64,000 nt of DNA from an uncultured Chloroflexia bacterium (GTDB taxonomy: Bacteria; Chloroflexota; Limnocylindria; Limnocylindrales; CSP1-4), in the NCBI GenBank assembly GCA_963734535.1, contig CAVTHS010000010.1, forward strand, positions 160,001-224,000, read 5' to 3'. A model generated the notes under the pieces. The model made no database searches, was not told where the DNA came from, and was given only the letters and a program-made list of their open reading frames with translations. Shown here piece by piece: positions 1 through 9,666 of the stretch. The translations under genes were made by a program, and so were the position numbers. The first letter of the stretch is position 1, and every line of letters begins with the position of its first letter.

Positions 1-70
1 CTGGCGACGAACCCGTCACGGACCGTCGCGATCGTGGAGCCCCGACGGAACCCCCACGGAGCCCACGCCC

Positions 71-1051
71 ATGACCGCCCGATCCAGGCTCATCCCTTCC
101 CGCCTGACGTCGCATCGCGTCGCTGCCCTGATCGCCGGGCTCGGCCTGCTCTTCGCCGCCTGCAGCGGCTCGGTCGGCGTGGCCGGACCTGTCCCCACGC
201 CGCCGACGGCCGCACCGACCGCCTCGCCTGCGCCGTCGCCCGCCGCATCCTCCCCGGCCGCGTCAGGACCGGGCGCGTCGGGGGTGCCGACGCCAGCTCC
301 GTCCGGCTCCCCGCCGGCGACCACGACCGTTCGGATCTACCTGTTCCAGCCGGATCCAGCCGGTGGCGACGCCCACCTCGTCCCGGTCACGCGGGCCGTG
401 CCGTCCACGCGCGCCGTCGCCACCGCTGCGGTCCGCGAGCTGCTCGCCGGCCCGGCGCGGGACGAGGCGGGTCTCCTCACGATGATCCCGGCAGGTTCGC
501 AGCTCCTGGGGATCACCATCGATGGGAGCGTCGCCACGATCGACCTGACCGGCACGTTCGAGTCCGGCGGAGGAAGCGCCTCCATGCTGGGCCGGCTCGC
601 CCAGCTCGTCTACACGGCAACCCAGTTCCCGACGGTCGACGCCGTCCGGCTGCGGCTCGACGGGAAGCCGGTGGAGAGCATCGGCGGCGAGGGCGTGATC
701 GTGGGCTCCGGGCTCGGCCGCGCCGACAGCACCTATGGCCTGCCGCCGATCTTCGTCGACCAGCCGACCTGGGGCGGGATCTTCCCGTCCCCCGGACGGG
801 TCACCGGCCTGGCGAACGTCTTCGAGGCGCAGTTCCAGCTCCAGGTCCTCGATGGCAGCCGGCGGGTGCTCGCCGAGGCGGCGGTCAGCGCGTCCTGCGG
901 GACCGGCTGTTGGGGCACGTTCGATGTCACGGTCCCGTATCGCGTCGACGCGACGCAGTGGGGCACGCTGCGGGTCTTCGACCCGTCGCCGAAGGACGGC
1001 TCGCCCATCGACGTCCGGGAGTACCCGGTTCGGCTCACCCCGGCGGGATAG
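71..1051 (+). CDS. GerMN-domain / Gmad2 Ig-like lipoprotein
   Basis: Lipobox (LLFAAC), Pro/Ala/Ser linker, GerMN-like core (ATIDLTGTF..GGGSASM..RLAQLVYTATQFPTV), C-terminal Ig-like segment (ANVFEA...CGTGC). Confidence 0.75.
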   Translation: MTARSRLIPSRLTSHRVAALIAGLGLLFAACSGSVGVAGPVPTPPTAAPTASPAPSPAASSPAASGPGASGVPTPAPSGSPPATTTVRIYLFQPDPAGGDAHLVPVTRAVPSTRAVATAAVRELLAGPARDEAGLLTMIPAGSQLLGITIDGSVATIDLTGTFESGGGSASMLGRLAQLVYTATQFPTVDAVRLRLDGKPVESIGGEGVIVGSGLGRADSTYGLPPIFVDQPTWGGIFPSPGRVTGLANVFEAQFQLQVLDGSRRVLAEAAVSASCGTGCWGTFDVTVPYRVDATQWGTLRVFDPSPKDGSPIDVREYPVRLTPAG

Positions 1052-1293
1052 GTGCCCTCGACGCCTTCGTTGCCGGCCGCAGTTGTCATGCCAGGCACCC
1101 GCACCTCCGGGGGCGCGAGCGCGAGGAGGATCTCCATCCAGGGCGTCGTCGTGGTCCGGTCGCGGTCGAGCATGACGGGACGTGGCGGCACGTCGGAGGG
1201 CGCGCGGTCAGCCGGTCGGTGCGCGCGTTGGCCGCGCAGGCGACGGATCACCACCCTATCCTTCAAGGCAGCAGACGTCGCGCCCCGCGCGTC

Positions 1294-1322
1294 TTGCCCG
1301 CCCACCGGGCGCTCGGTACGAT
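1294..1322 (+). promoter_or_regulatory. Putative sigma70-type promoter for the nucleoside ABC operon
   Basis: TTGCCC-17 nt-TACGAT about 85 nt upstream of the BMP start. Confidence 0.45.
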
Positions 1323-1406
1323 GCGTCACAGCAGTCTGCCCGGTCGAAACGGGTGAGCGCGCCCACCGGACCTCGCTCGAGGCCCAGTCCGCGCAAGGAG
1401 GAGTTC

Positions 1407-2621
1407 ATGTTCACACGCACCACCAGGCTCGGGTTGCTCGCCGCGACGCTCGCGATCGTCGCCTCGGCGTGCAGCGGCTCAGCCACCCCCACGCCCGCCC
1501 CGTCGGTGGCACCATCCGTCGCGCCATCGGTCGCCCCGTCCGTCGCGCCGTCGGTCGCCCCGTCCGTCGCGGCCAGCCCGTCCCCGGCGGCCTCGACCGG
1601 CGCCTCGCTCAAGATCGGTGTCGTCACCGACATCGGGACGCTCAACGACAAGAACTACAACGAGTACACCTACAAGGGCGCCTCCGAGGGTGCGGCCGCG
1701 ATCGGCGCCGCCACCCCGGCGTCCATCGTCCCGAAGGACCAGTCTGAGTACGCGGCCGACATCCAGTCGTTCGTCGACCAGAAGTACGACATCGTCGTCA
1801 CGGTCGGCTTCAACCTGACCGCCGACACCGTCAAGGCCGCCAAGGCGAACCCGACCATCAAGTTCATCGGCGTCGACCAGTCGCCGATCTGTGTCACGCC
1901 GGATGGCGCCCCGGACGACAAGTTCGAGTGCAAGGGCGATGCCAAGACCCTGCTCCCGAACTATGAGTCCATCTACTACGCCGAGGATCAGGCCGGCTAC
2001 CTCGCGGGCATCGTCGCGGCCTATGCCTCGAAGACCAACTCCATCGGCGCCATCGGCGGCACGACCCTCTGCGCCCCGTGCGTGCGCTACATCCAGGGTT
2101 ACGAGCTCGGCGCCAAGTCCGTCAAGGCCGACATCAAGGTCAAGACCGCGTACGTCACCAACGACTTCTCCGCGGCCGCCTTCAACGATCCGGCGGGCGG
2201 CAAGGCGTTCGCTCAGACGTTTATCAAGACCAACAAGCCGGACGTTCTCTTCCAGGTCGCCGGCAAGACCGGCAACGGCGTCATCGAGGCCGCCTGCGCC
2301 GCCAACATCTACGGCATCGGCGTCGACGTCGACCAGTGGGTCTCGCTCGGGGCGCCCGCCAACGCATGCGTCATCACGAGCGCCGAGAAGAAGCTCGTCG
2401 TCTCCGTCTCGGCAGCCATCCAGGCCGCCGCGGCCGGCAGCTTCCAGCCGGGCGACGTCCTCTACAACGCCGCCAATGACGGCATCGGCGTCTCGGACTT
2501 CCATGACCAGGCCAAGCTGTTCGGGCCCGAGGTGAAGACCGCGCTCGACACCGCCCTCGCGGCGATGAAGGCCGGCACCCTCAAGACCTGCCCCGACACG
2601 GGTTGCGGCGTCGCGAAGTAA
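1407..2621 (+). CDS. BMP-family (purine nucleoside) ABC transporter substrate-binding lipoprotein
   Basis: SD AAGGAGGAG before ATG 1407, lipobox IVASAC, motifs LNDKNYNE, IGVDQ, EDQAGYLAG, IGVDVDQ; followed by ATPase and two permeases. Confidence 0.9.
   Translation: MFTRTTRLGLLAATLAIVASACSGSATPTPAPSVAPSVAPSVAPSVAPSVAPSVAASPSPAASTGASLKIGVVTDIGTLNDKNYNEYTYKGASEGAAAIGAATPASIVPKDQSEYAADIQSFVDQKYDIVVTVGFNLTADTVKAAKANPTIKFIGVDQSPICVTPDGAPDDKFECKGDAKTLLPNYESIYYAEDQAGYLAGIVAAYASKTNSIGAIGGTTLCAPCVRYIQGYELGAKSVKADIKVKTAYVTNDFSAAAFNDPAGGKAFAQTFIKTNKPDVLFQVAGKTGNGVIEAACAANIYGIGVDVDQWVSLGAPANACVITSAEKKLVVSVSAAIQAAAAGSFQPGDVLYNAANDGIGVSDFHDQAKLFGPEVKTALDTALAAMKAGTLKTCPDTGCGVAK
1497..1568 (+). repeat. Six tandem 12-bp coding repeats (APSV)x6, flexible lipoprotein linker
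   Basis: Translation PAPSVAPSVAPSVAPSVAPSVAPSVAAS with synonymous codon variation. Confidence 0.85.
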
Positions 2622-2644
2622 CGCTCCTCCCTCCGTCGCACCAG

Positions 2645-2675
2645 GAACAGGCCGGCCGGCACGGCCGGCCTGTTC
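2645..2675 (+). terminator. Perfect 14-bp hairpin after the BMP gene (mRNA stabiliser or partial terminator)
   Basis: GAACAGGCCGGCCG-gca-CGGCCGGCCTGTTC, no long U-tract. Confidence 0.6.
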
Positions 2676-2718
2676 GAATCCCGCCCCGCCCGGTCGCCTT
2701 CTCGCGGAGACCCAGCCG

Positions 2719-4296
2719 ATGACGGACCAGCCAGCAGCCGTGCTCGCGCCGGCGCTCGAAATGCGCGGCATCACGAAGCGCTACCCGGGCGTGGTGGCGA
2801 ACGATGGGATCGATCTCGAGGTCCGCCCCGGCGAGATCCATGCCCTCCTCGGCGAGAACGGCGCCGGCAAGACGACCCTCATGAACGTCCTCTACGGCCT
2901 CGCGAGACCGGACGAGGGCGAGATCGTGCTCGACGGGAAGCCGGTCACGATCGCCGGACCGTCGGATGCCATCTCGCGCGGCATCAACATGGTCCACCAG
3001 CACTTCATGCTCGTCCCGGTGCTCACGGTCGCCGAGAACATCCTCCTCGGCGAGGAGACGATGGCGAACCGTGTCTTCCTCGACCGGCGCGAGTCGCACA
3101 CGCGGATCGTCGAGCTCGGCCGGCGGTTCGGCTTCGAGATTGACCCGGAGGCGAAGGTCGGATCGCTGTCCGTCGGGTGGCAGCAGCGCGTGGAGATCCT
3201 CAAGGCGCTGTACCGGAATGCCCGCATCCTCGTCCTCGACGAACCGACCGCGGTCCTGACGCCCCAGGAGACCGAGGAGATCTTCGCCGTCCTGCGACGG
3301 CTGGCCGCCGACGGGCACAGCATCGTCTTCATCAGCCACAAGCTCTACGAGGTCCTCGAGATCGCCGACCGGATCACGGTGATCCGCCGCGGTCGCGTCG
3401 TCGGGCAGCGGCGGCCGGCCGAGACAAACGAGGATGACCTCGCCGAGCTCATGGTCGGCCGCGAGGTCCAGCTCACGGTGGACCGCGGCACGTCCCATCC
3501 GGGCGAGGCAGTGCTACGCGTGACCGGGCTCCAGGCAAAGGACGACCGCGGCCACCTTGCCGTCCGAGGGGTCGACCTGGAGGTGCGTGCCGGCGAGATC
3601 CTGGGTATCGCCGGCGTGGCCGGCAACGGCCAGGACGAGCTCGTCGAGGCGATCATCGGCCTCCGACATCCGACGGCCGGCATGGTCACCCTGGCCGGCT
3701 CCGACGTGACCGGCCACTCGCCGCGGGACATGAACGAGGCCGCCGTCGCATACGTGCCGGCCGACCGACACCGCTTCGGCCTGATCACGCCGTTCTCGCT
3801 CGCCGACAACCTGGTCCTCACGAGCTACTACCGGCACCCGTATGCGCGGGGCATTCTGCGCAACGGGGACGCGATCCACCGGGACGCCGTCTCGGCGATC
3901 GAGCGCTTCGATATCCGCACGCCATCGGCGACGGTCACGGCCGGCACGCTCTCCGGCGGCAACCAGCAGAAGGCGGTGGTGGCGCGCGAGTTCGACCGGG
4001 ACCTGAAGCTGCTGGTCCTGGACCAGCCGACTCGTGGCCTCGACGTCGGCAGCATCGAGTTCATCCATCGCCAGGTGATCGCGAAGCGCGATGCCGGGAC
4101 CGCGGTCCTGCTGGTCTCCGCCGAGCTGGACGAGGTGCTGGAGATGTCGGACCGGATCGGCGTCATGTTTGCCGGCCGGATCGTGGCCATCCTCGATGGC
4201 CGCACCGCCGACAAGAACGAGGTGGGACTCCTGATGGCGACGGGCGGCACCGACCGGGGCGGATCCCAGCCCCAGATCGTGGAGACCGTGCGATGA
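2719..4296 (+). CDS. Nucleoside/sugar ABC transporter ATP-binding protein (two NBDs, NupA/YufO-like)
   Basis: GENGAGKT Walker A, LDEPT, second domain LSGGNQQK / LDQPTRG. Confidence 0.93.
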   Translation: MTDQPAAVLAPALEMRGITKRYPGVVANDGIDLEVRPGEIHALLGENGAGKTTLMNVLYGLARPDEGEIVLDGKPVTIAGPSDAISRGINMVHQHFMLVPVLTVAENILLGEETMANRVFLDRRESHTRIVELGRRFGFEIDPEAKVGSLSVGWQQRVEILKALYRNARILVLDEPTAVLTPQETEEIFAVLRRLAADGHSIVFISHKLYEVLEIADRITVIRRGRVVGQRRPAETNEDDLAELMVGREVQLTVDRGTSHPGEAVLRVTGLQAKDDRGHLAVRGVDLEVRAGEILGIAGVAGNGQDELVEAIIGLRHPTAGMVTLAGSDVTGHSPRDMNEAAVAYVPADRHRFGLITPFSLADNLVLTSYYRHPYARGILRNGDAIHRDAVSAIERFDIRTPSATVTAGTLSGGNQQKAVVAREFDRDLKLLVLDQPTRGLDVGSIEFIHRQVIAKRDAGTAVLLVSAELDEVLEMSDRIGVMFAGRIVAILDGRTADKNEVGLLMATGGTDRGGSQPQIVETVR

Positions 4297-5471
4297 GCGG
4301 CACCACGCCGCCGGCGGCCGCCCCGGCGCCGGCGGCGCCCACGAAGGGCGACCGCTCCCCGATCACGTGGCGGCGGATCTGGAACGCGATCGCCGTCCCG
4401 CTGGTGGTCATCGTCGGATCGCTCGCGCTCGGCGCGATCGTGGTCCTGTTCTCGGAGCTCCTCGTGCCCGGGAAGCCGTTCGACCCCTGGCTCTGGGTGA
4501 CGGCGTACGCCGCGCTCGTGGAGGGCGCGACCGGGAGCTACGACGCGGTCGTCTCCACGCTCGTCAACACGACACCGCTGCTCCTCGGCGGCCTCGCGGT
4601 CGGCTTCGGTTTCAAGGCCGGACTCTTCAACATCGGCGCCCAGGGCCAGTTCCTGATCGGCGCCCTCGGCTCGGTCATCGTCGGTGTCTGGGTCTCCACG
4701 TGGTCCCCCATCCTCGCGATCCCGGCCGCCACGATCGCCGGAATCCTCGCCGGCGCGTTCTGGGGCTTCATCCCGGGCTTCCTCAAGGCGGTCTCGGGCG
4801 CCCACGAGGTCGTCTCCACGATCATGATGAACTACATCGCCGTGGCCACCCTGGCGGCGCTCGTCAGCGGGCCGCTGAAGGTGCCGCGCTCGCCCCAGGC
4901 AATGACGTTCGACGTCAAGAATGCCGCCTTCCCGGTCTTCCTCGGCCGCAACGGGCACATCGGCATCCTGATCGCGCTACTCGCGGCGCTCTTCGTGTGG
5001 TGGCTGCTCAACCGGACCACGTGGGGCTTCGAGGTCCGCTCGGTGGGCGCCAACCCGGACGCCTCGCGGTACGCGGGCATGCGACCCCGCCTCATCATCA
5101 TCGCGACGATGACGTTCAGCGGCGCGCTGGCCGGCCTCGCCGGCACGTCCGTGCTCCTGGGCGTCAACCACGCGATGACCTCGAGCTTCGGGACGACCGT
5201 CGGCTTCGACTCCATCGCGGTGGCGCTCCTCGCACGCTCGAACCCGCTGGGGATCATCTTCTCGGCGCTGATCTTCGGGGCCATGCGCGCAGGGGCGGGG
5301 CTGATGCAGGTCAAGGCGCAGATCCCGGCGGAGCTGGTCGACGTGCTGCAGGCGACGATCCTGCTGCTCCTGGTGGCCACGCCCGTCATCAGGCGCGTGT
5401 TCGGGTTGTCGAACAGGGCCAAGGGCCTGCAGGAGCCGGTCACGCCGATGGGCGGCGGAGCGGTCGTCTGA
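4293..5471 (+). CDS. Nucleoside ABC transporter permease
   Basis: Hydrophobic; GLFNIGAQGQ and GFDSIAVALL motifs; ATGA overlap with the ATPase. Confidence 0.9.
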   Translation: MSGTTPPAAAPAPAAPTKGDRSPITWRRIWNAIAVPLVVIVGSLALGAIVVLFSELLVPGKPFDPWLWVTAYAALVEGATGSYDAVVSTLVNTTPLLLGGLAVGFGFKAGLFNIGAQGQFLIGALGSVIVGVWVSTWSPILAIPAATIAGILAGAFWGFIPGFLKAVSGAHEVVSTIMMNYIAVATLAALVSGPLKVPRSPQAMTFDVKNAAFPVFLGRNGHIGILIALLAALFVWWLLNRTTWGFEVRSVGANPDASRYAGMRPRLIIIATMTFSGALAGLAGTSVLLGVNHAMTSSFGTTVGFDSIAVALLARSNPLGIIFSALIFGAMRAGAGLMQVKAQIPAELVDVLQATILLLLVATPVIRRVFGLSNRAKGLQEPVTPMGGGAVV

Positions 5472-6556
5472 TGGATATCTCGCCCCTCCTCCACGGCCTT
5501 GCGTCCATCCCGATCCTCGGGATCGTCTTCCAGCTGTTCGGCTACCTCGTCGAGCTGATCCCGCCAAATGCCGCCGGCATCCTGACCCAGGCGACGCCAC
5601 TGGCCCTCGCCGCGCTGTGCGGTGTCGTCTGCGAGCGATCGGGCATCGTCAACATCGGCATCGAGGGCACCATGCTCGCGGCCGCCTTCGCGGCGTGGGT
5701 CACGGGGGTCGCGGTCAACCCGATGTTCGGGAACCCCCAGCCGGGCGACATCTTCGGGTTCACGTTCCCGCTGCTCCTCTGCCTCATCGCCGCGATCCTG
5801 GTGGCCGTCCTGATCTCCGGCCTCCACGCCTGGCTTTCGATCTCGCTCCGGGCGGACCAGATCATCAGCGGCACCATCATCAACATCGCCGCGTTCGGCA
5901 TGACCGGATACCTCGACCAGATCATCACGAAATCGTCACCGGCGGGCGCCGGCGCGTTCGCGCGATTCGAGCCTCCCCAGGCGCTCGTCGATCTGCCCGG
6001 GGTGGGGTGGATCTTCTCGATGTTCCTCAACCAGGGTCCGATCGCGCTGACAGCGCTCGTCCTGATCATCGGCACGCAGATCTGGCTCTTCCGCTCGCGC
6101 TGGGGCCTCCGGACTCGCGCGGTCGGCGAGCACCCGCGGGCTGCCGAGACGGTCGGCATCGACGTGGTCCGGCTGCGCTACAAGAACGTGCTGCTCGGCG
6201 GCGTCTTCGCGGGGCTGGCCGGCGCGTTCCTCTCGATCGAGGCGACGAACTCGTTCCAGATCGGGATGACGAACGGACGCGGCTTCATCGCGCTCGCCGC
6301 GATGATCATGGGACGCTGGACCCCGATCGGGGCCCTTGGATCCTCGCTCCTCTTCGCGTTCTTCCTCCAGCTGAGCCAGCTGATCAAGATCGCCCCTCCG
6401 TCCGGCGACCTGGGGAACGTCCTGAGCGCCATGCCGGCCCAGGTGTTCGATGCCCTCCCCTACATCCTGACGATGGTCGTGCTTGCCGGCGTGGTCGGCC
6501 GGAGCGTGCCACCGGCCGCCGACGGCCAGCCGTACGAGCGGGAATCCGCGACGTAG
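5471..6556 (+). CDS. Nucleoside ABC transporter permease
   Basis: ERSGIVNIGIEG and GRGFIALAAMIMGRW motifs; TGATG overlap gives start MDISPLL. Confidence 0.9.
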   Translation: MDISPLLHGLASIPILGIVFQLFGYLVELIPPNAAGILTQATPLALAALCGVVCERSGIVNIGIEGTMLAAAFAAWVTGVAVNPMFGNPQPGDIFGFTFPLLLCLIAAILVAVLISGLHAWLSISLRADQIISGTIINIAAFGMTGYLDQIITKSSPAGAGAFARFEPPQALVDLPGVGWIFSMFLNQGPIALTALVLIIGTQIWLFRSRWGLRTRAVGEHPRAAETVGIDVVRLRYKNVLLGGVFAGLAGAFLSIEATNSFQIGMTNGRGFIALAAMIMGRWTPIGALGSSLLFAFFLQLSQLIKIAPPSGDLGNVLSAMPAQVFDALPYILTMVVLAGVVGRSVPPAADGQPYERESAT

Positions 6557-6623
6557 TCTCCGCCCCGGCAGTCCCGCGCCCGATACCCGGCGTGCCAAAC
6601 CATTCCCAGGAGGTCCAAGACCC

Positions 6624-7853
6624 GTGAGCGTCCCCGTCGCTCCGGCAGAGCTCGGCTACGAGCCGGGCAGCCCGGCCTTCATCGCGGATCCCTATCCCGT
6701 CTTCGCCCGGCTTCGCGCGGATCATCCGGTGATCCATGATCCGACGACCGACCAATGGCTGGTCTCGCGTTTCGCTGACATCAATGCGCTGCTGCGCGAC
6801 CGGCGACTTGGCCGCTCCTACGTGCATGTCGCGACGCACGAGGAGTTCGGGCGCACGCCGCCCCCCGGCTGGCAGGCACCCTTCCACGACAGCCTCCGGG
6901 TCCAGCTCATCGACATGGAGCCGCCCGACCACACCCGGCTCCGTCGCCTGGTCTCGGCCGCGTTCACGCCGCGCACCGTCGAGCGTCTCCGACCGCGCGT
7001 GACCGAGCTGGTGGACGGACTCGTGGGTGCCGCCCGCGGGCGCGGGGAGTTCGACCTCCTCGCCGACGTCATCGAGCCGCTCCCGGTGGCCGTCATCGCC
7101 GAGCTGCTCGGGATCGCGGCTGCCGATCGGCCGTTGCTGCGCCCGTGGTCGGCGGACATGACCCTCATGTTCGAGCTGGCCCGCAGCGAGGACGACGAGC
7201 GGCGGGCGGTCCGGGCCACCGTGGAGTTCTCCGACTACCTGCGCGGCGTCGTCCGGGAGCGGCGCCGGTCGCCCGGGGACGATCTCCTGAGCCAGCTCGT
7301 CCAGGTCGGCGAGGCCGGCGACCGGCTCTCGGAGGACGAGCTGATCGCGACCGCCATCCTGCTCCTCAACGCCGGTCACGAGGCCTCCGTGAACGGGGCC
7401 GCAAACGCATGGTGGACGCTCTTCCGCCATCCCGACGCACTTGCGGCGCTGCGGTCGGACCCCGGGCTCGTGCCGACCGCGGTGGAGGAGCTCCTTCGGT
7501 ACGACACGCCCGCGCCGATGTTCGAGCGCTGGGTCCTCGAGGAGATCGAGCTCGACGGGGTCACGATCCCGCGCGGGCAGGAGCTTGCGCTGCTCTTCGC
7601 GTCGGCGAACCGCGACCCGGCCGCGTTCACGGATCCCGACGGCCTGGTCCTCGAACGCAGCCCGAACCCACACCTCGCCTTCGGGGCCGGAATCCACTAT
7701 TGCCTGGGGGCGCCGCTGGCACGCCTGGAGCTGGCGATCCTGTTCCGGGCGATCCTCGAGCGGATGCCGACGCTGGAGCTCGTCGCCGAGCCGGCCTGGA
7801 AGCCGCGCTTCGTCCTGCGCGGCCTCCAGGCGCTTCCGGTGCGTCTCGGCTGA
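6624..7853 (+). CDS. Cytochrome P450 (CYP107-like)
   Basis: SD AGGAGG plus GTG; PPDHTRLR, I-helix AGHEAS, EELLR (ExxR), heme motif FGAGIHYCLG. Confidence 0.95.
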   Translation: MSVPVAPAELGYEPGSPAFIADPYPVFARLRADHPVIHDPTTDQWLVSRFADINALLRDRRLGRSYVHVATHEEFGRTPPPGWQAPFHDSLRVQLIDMEPPDHTRLRRLVSAAFTPRTVERLRPRVTELVDGLVGAARGRGEFDLLADVIEPLPVAVIAELLGIAAADRPLLRPWSADMTLMFELARSEDDERRAVRATVEFSDYLRGVVRERRRSPGDDLLSQLVQVGEAGDRLSEDELIATAILLLNAGHEASVNGAANAWWTLFRHPDALAALRSDPGLVPTAVEELLRYDTPAPMFERWVLEEIELDGVTIPRGQELALLFASANRDPAAFTDPDGLVLERSPNPHLAFGAGIHYCLGAPLARLELAILFRAILERMPTLELVAEPAWKPRFVLRGLQALPVRLG

Positions 7854-7855
7854 CG

Positions 7856-9013
7856 TCAGCCCCCGAGCGGGTAGCGGCCATCCTCCATGGCAGCGTCCAC
7901 CATCGCGAGGACGTTCTCCGCGGGGACCTCGTCCATGATCGTGTGGACTGCGGCGAGGAGGTACCCACCACCTGGTGCCAGCGTGCCGATCACCCGTCGC
8001 ACCTCCTGCCGGACGTCCGACGTGGTGCCGTAGGGCAGGACGCGCTTCGTGTCGACCGCGCCGCAGAAGCTCAGGTGATCGCCATGGCGGCGCTTGAGCG
8101 TGGCAATGTCGGCCATCCGTCCCGACGAGGTCTGGATCGGGTTCAGGACGTCGACCCCGATCTCGACGAGGTCGTCCACCAGGTCGGACACATCGCCGTC
8201 GGTGTGGAAGAACACCCGCGCCTTCGTGCGGGCATGGATGAACGCGATGTACTCGGCGTGGATCGGCTTCAGGATCCGGCGGTACATCGCGGGCGACATG
8301 AGGAGCAATTCCTCGGTCCCGAGGTCGTCGCCGATCTTGACGATGTCGACGTCGTCGCCGAGCTCGCGCAGGAAGTGGCCCATGAGCCGCGTGCAGAGAC
8401 CCGCAATGCGGCGCAGGAGCGCCTCCGCGAGCTCCGGGTTGAGCGCCATGTTCGCGAGGAACGTCTCCATGCCCTGCATGGCGAACGCACGTTCCAGCGG
8501 GAAGAGCAGCCAGGGCGTCGCCATGATCGCGTACCGGTTGTCCGCCGCCAGCCGGGCCGCCTCCGCGCGCACGTGCGCGACGCGCGATGGGTCGTCCATG
8601 TCGGGCCACGGGTAGGCCTCGATCGCGTCGAGGGTCTCCGCCTCGCTCAGCGGATGGATGCCGGGGAACCAATGGCCTTCGTCGACCTCTACCTGGCCGC
8701 TGCCCCAGTCGTCAATGCAGGGCGCGTGCGGCGGCCGTTCCCGGTTATGGCGCCGGGTCGCGAACGGGATCGCGTCCAGGACGGGCCGTACGTCCGTCCC
8801 GAGTCGCTCCAGGATGGCCTCCGACGGGTGGACCGTGCCCAGCTCAGGCCAGTCGTAGAGGTAACGATCGCCGGGATCGAGCCCGAGGAGATCCGCGATG
8901 CCGCGATATGGCCGCGCCTTGATGCCGGTGGCGTTGCTGACCCCGACGACGATGGGCACACGGTCCGGCTCGGTGTGATCGAGGGCCATCCGGACACGGT
9001 CGCGGGGAGTCAT
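7856..9013 (-). CDS. Uroporphyrinogen decarboxylase / MtaA-CmuA methyltransferase family protein
   Basis: MTPRDRV..EPDRVP N-terminus, GDDLG, FFHTDG, LNPIQ, GGGYLLA..H motifs; start may be the GTG at 9019. Confidence 0.85.
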   Translation of the reverse strand: MTPRDRVRMALDHTEPDRVPIVVGVSNATGIKARPYRGIADLLGLDPGDRYLYDWPELGTVHPSEAILERLGTDVRPVLDAIPFATRRHNRERPPHAPCIDDWGSGQVEVDEGHWFPGIHPLSEAETLDAIEAYPWPDMDDPSRVAHVRAEAARLAADNRYAIMATPWLLFPLERAFAMQGMETFLANMALNPELAEALLRRIAGLCTRLMGHFLRELGDDVDIVKIGDDLGTEELLLMSPAMYRRILKPIHAEYIAFIHARTKARVFFHTDGDVSDLVDDLVEIGVDVLNPIQTSSGRMADIATLKRRHGDHLSFCGAVDTKRVLPYGTTSDVRQEVRRVIGTLAPGGGYLLAAVHTIMDEVPAENVLAMVDAAMEDGRYPLGG

Positions 9014-9142
9014 GGACACGCAGTGGGCCTCCAGCTCGGGCGTGGGTGGCGCAAGTATGGCGTCCGATGGTGGTTCGTCGCGTGCCTCTCGGGCCGCGGT
9101 GCGCTCGCAGCCGGGCGGACGCGCCCGTGCCATGATCCTCAC

Positions 9143-9625
9143 ATGGACGCCGCGGAGCGATCGCGCCTCGCCGCCATCCTGGACCTCCAGGAGGGACGCG
9201 GCGACGTGTCGCTCCTCGACGACGGGGCGATCCGGGAGCTCCTCCGGACGGCCCGCCGGGTCGCGGTGATCGGGGCGTCGGACCGGCCGGGCCGGCCGTC
9301 GCGCGAGGTCTTCGCGGCGCTCCTCCGGGCCGGCTACGACGCGGTCCCGGTCACTCCCCGCTTCGCGATGGTCCTGGACCGGCCCGCGTACCCGGACCTC
9401 GCCGCCGCGGTGGCCGCTACGGGTCCATTCGAGATCGTCGACGTCTTCCGCCGTGCCCAGGACTGCCCGGCGCACGCCCGCGAGGCGGTCGCGGCGAGTG
9501 CTCTCGTCCTCTGGCTCCAGCTGGGCATCGTCAGCTGGGAAGCCGCGGCGATCGCCCGCGACGGCGGCGTCGACGTCGTCATGGACCGCTGCATCTCGGT
9601 GGAGCGACACCGGCTGCTGCGCTGA
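9143..9625 (+). CDS. CoA-binding protein (YccU-like)
   Basis: VAVIGASDRPGRPS, IVDVFR, LWLQLGI, VVMDRC motifs. Confidence 0.85.
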   Translation: MDAAERSRLAAILDLQEGRGDVSLLDDGAIRELLRTARRVAVIGASDRPGRPSREVFAALLRAGYDAVPVTPRFAMVLDRPAYPDLAAAVAATGPFEIVDVFRRAQDCPAHAREAVAASALVLWLQLGIVSWEAAAIARDGGVDVVMDRCISVERHRLLR

Positions 9626-9666
9626 GACGTGCTCGTGCGCGCCTTGTCGAGGATGCGAGCCGGTCG

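Noticed and set aside
733-1329. Minus-strand 198-aa ORF, or a riboswitch, in the 1052-1406 gap
   Set aside because: The ORF overlaps the GerMN gene by more than 300 nt and has no motifs. No purine aptamer consensus is visible upstream of the BMP gene.
1497-1568. Tandem repeats as a possible CRISPR array
   Set aside because: They are 12-bp in-frame coding repeats without spacers, and there are no cas genes in the window.
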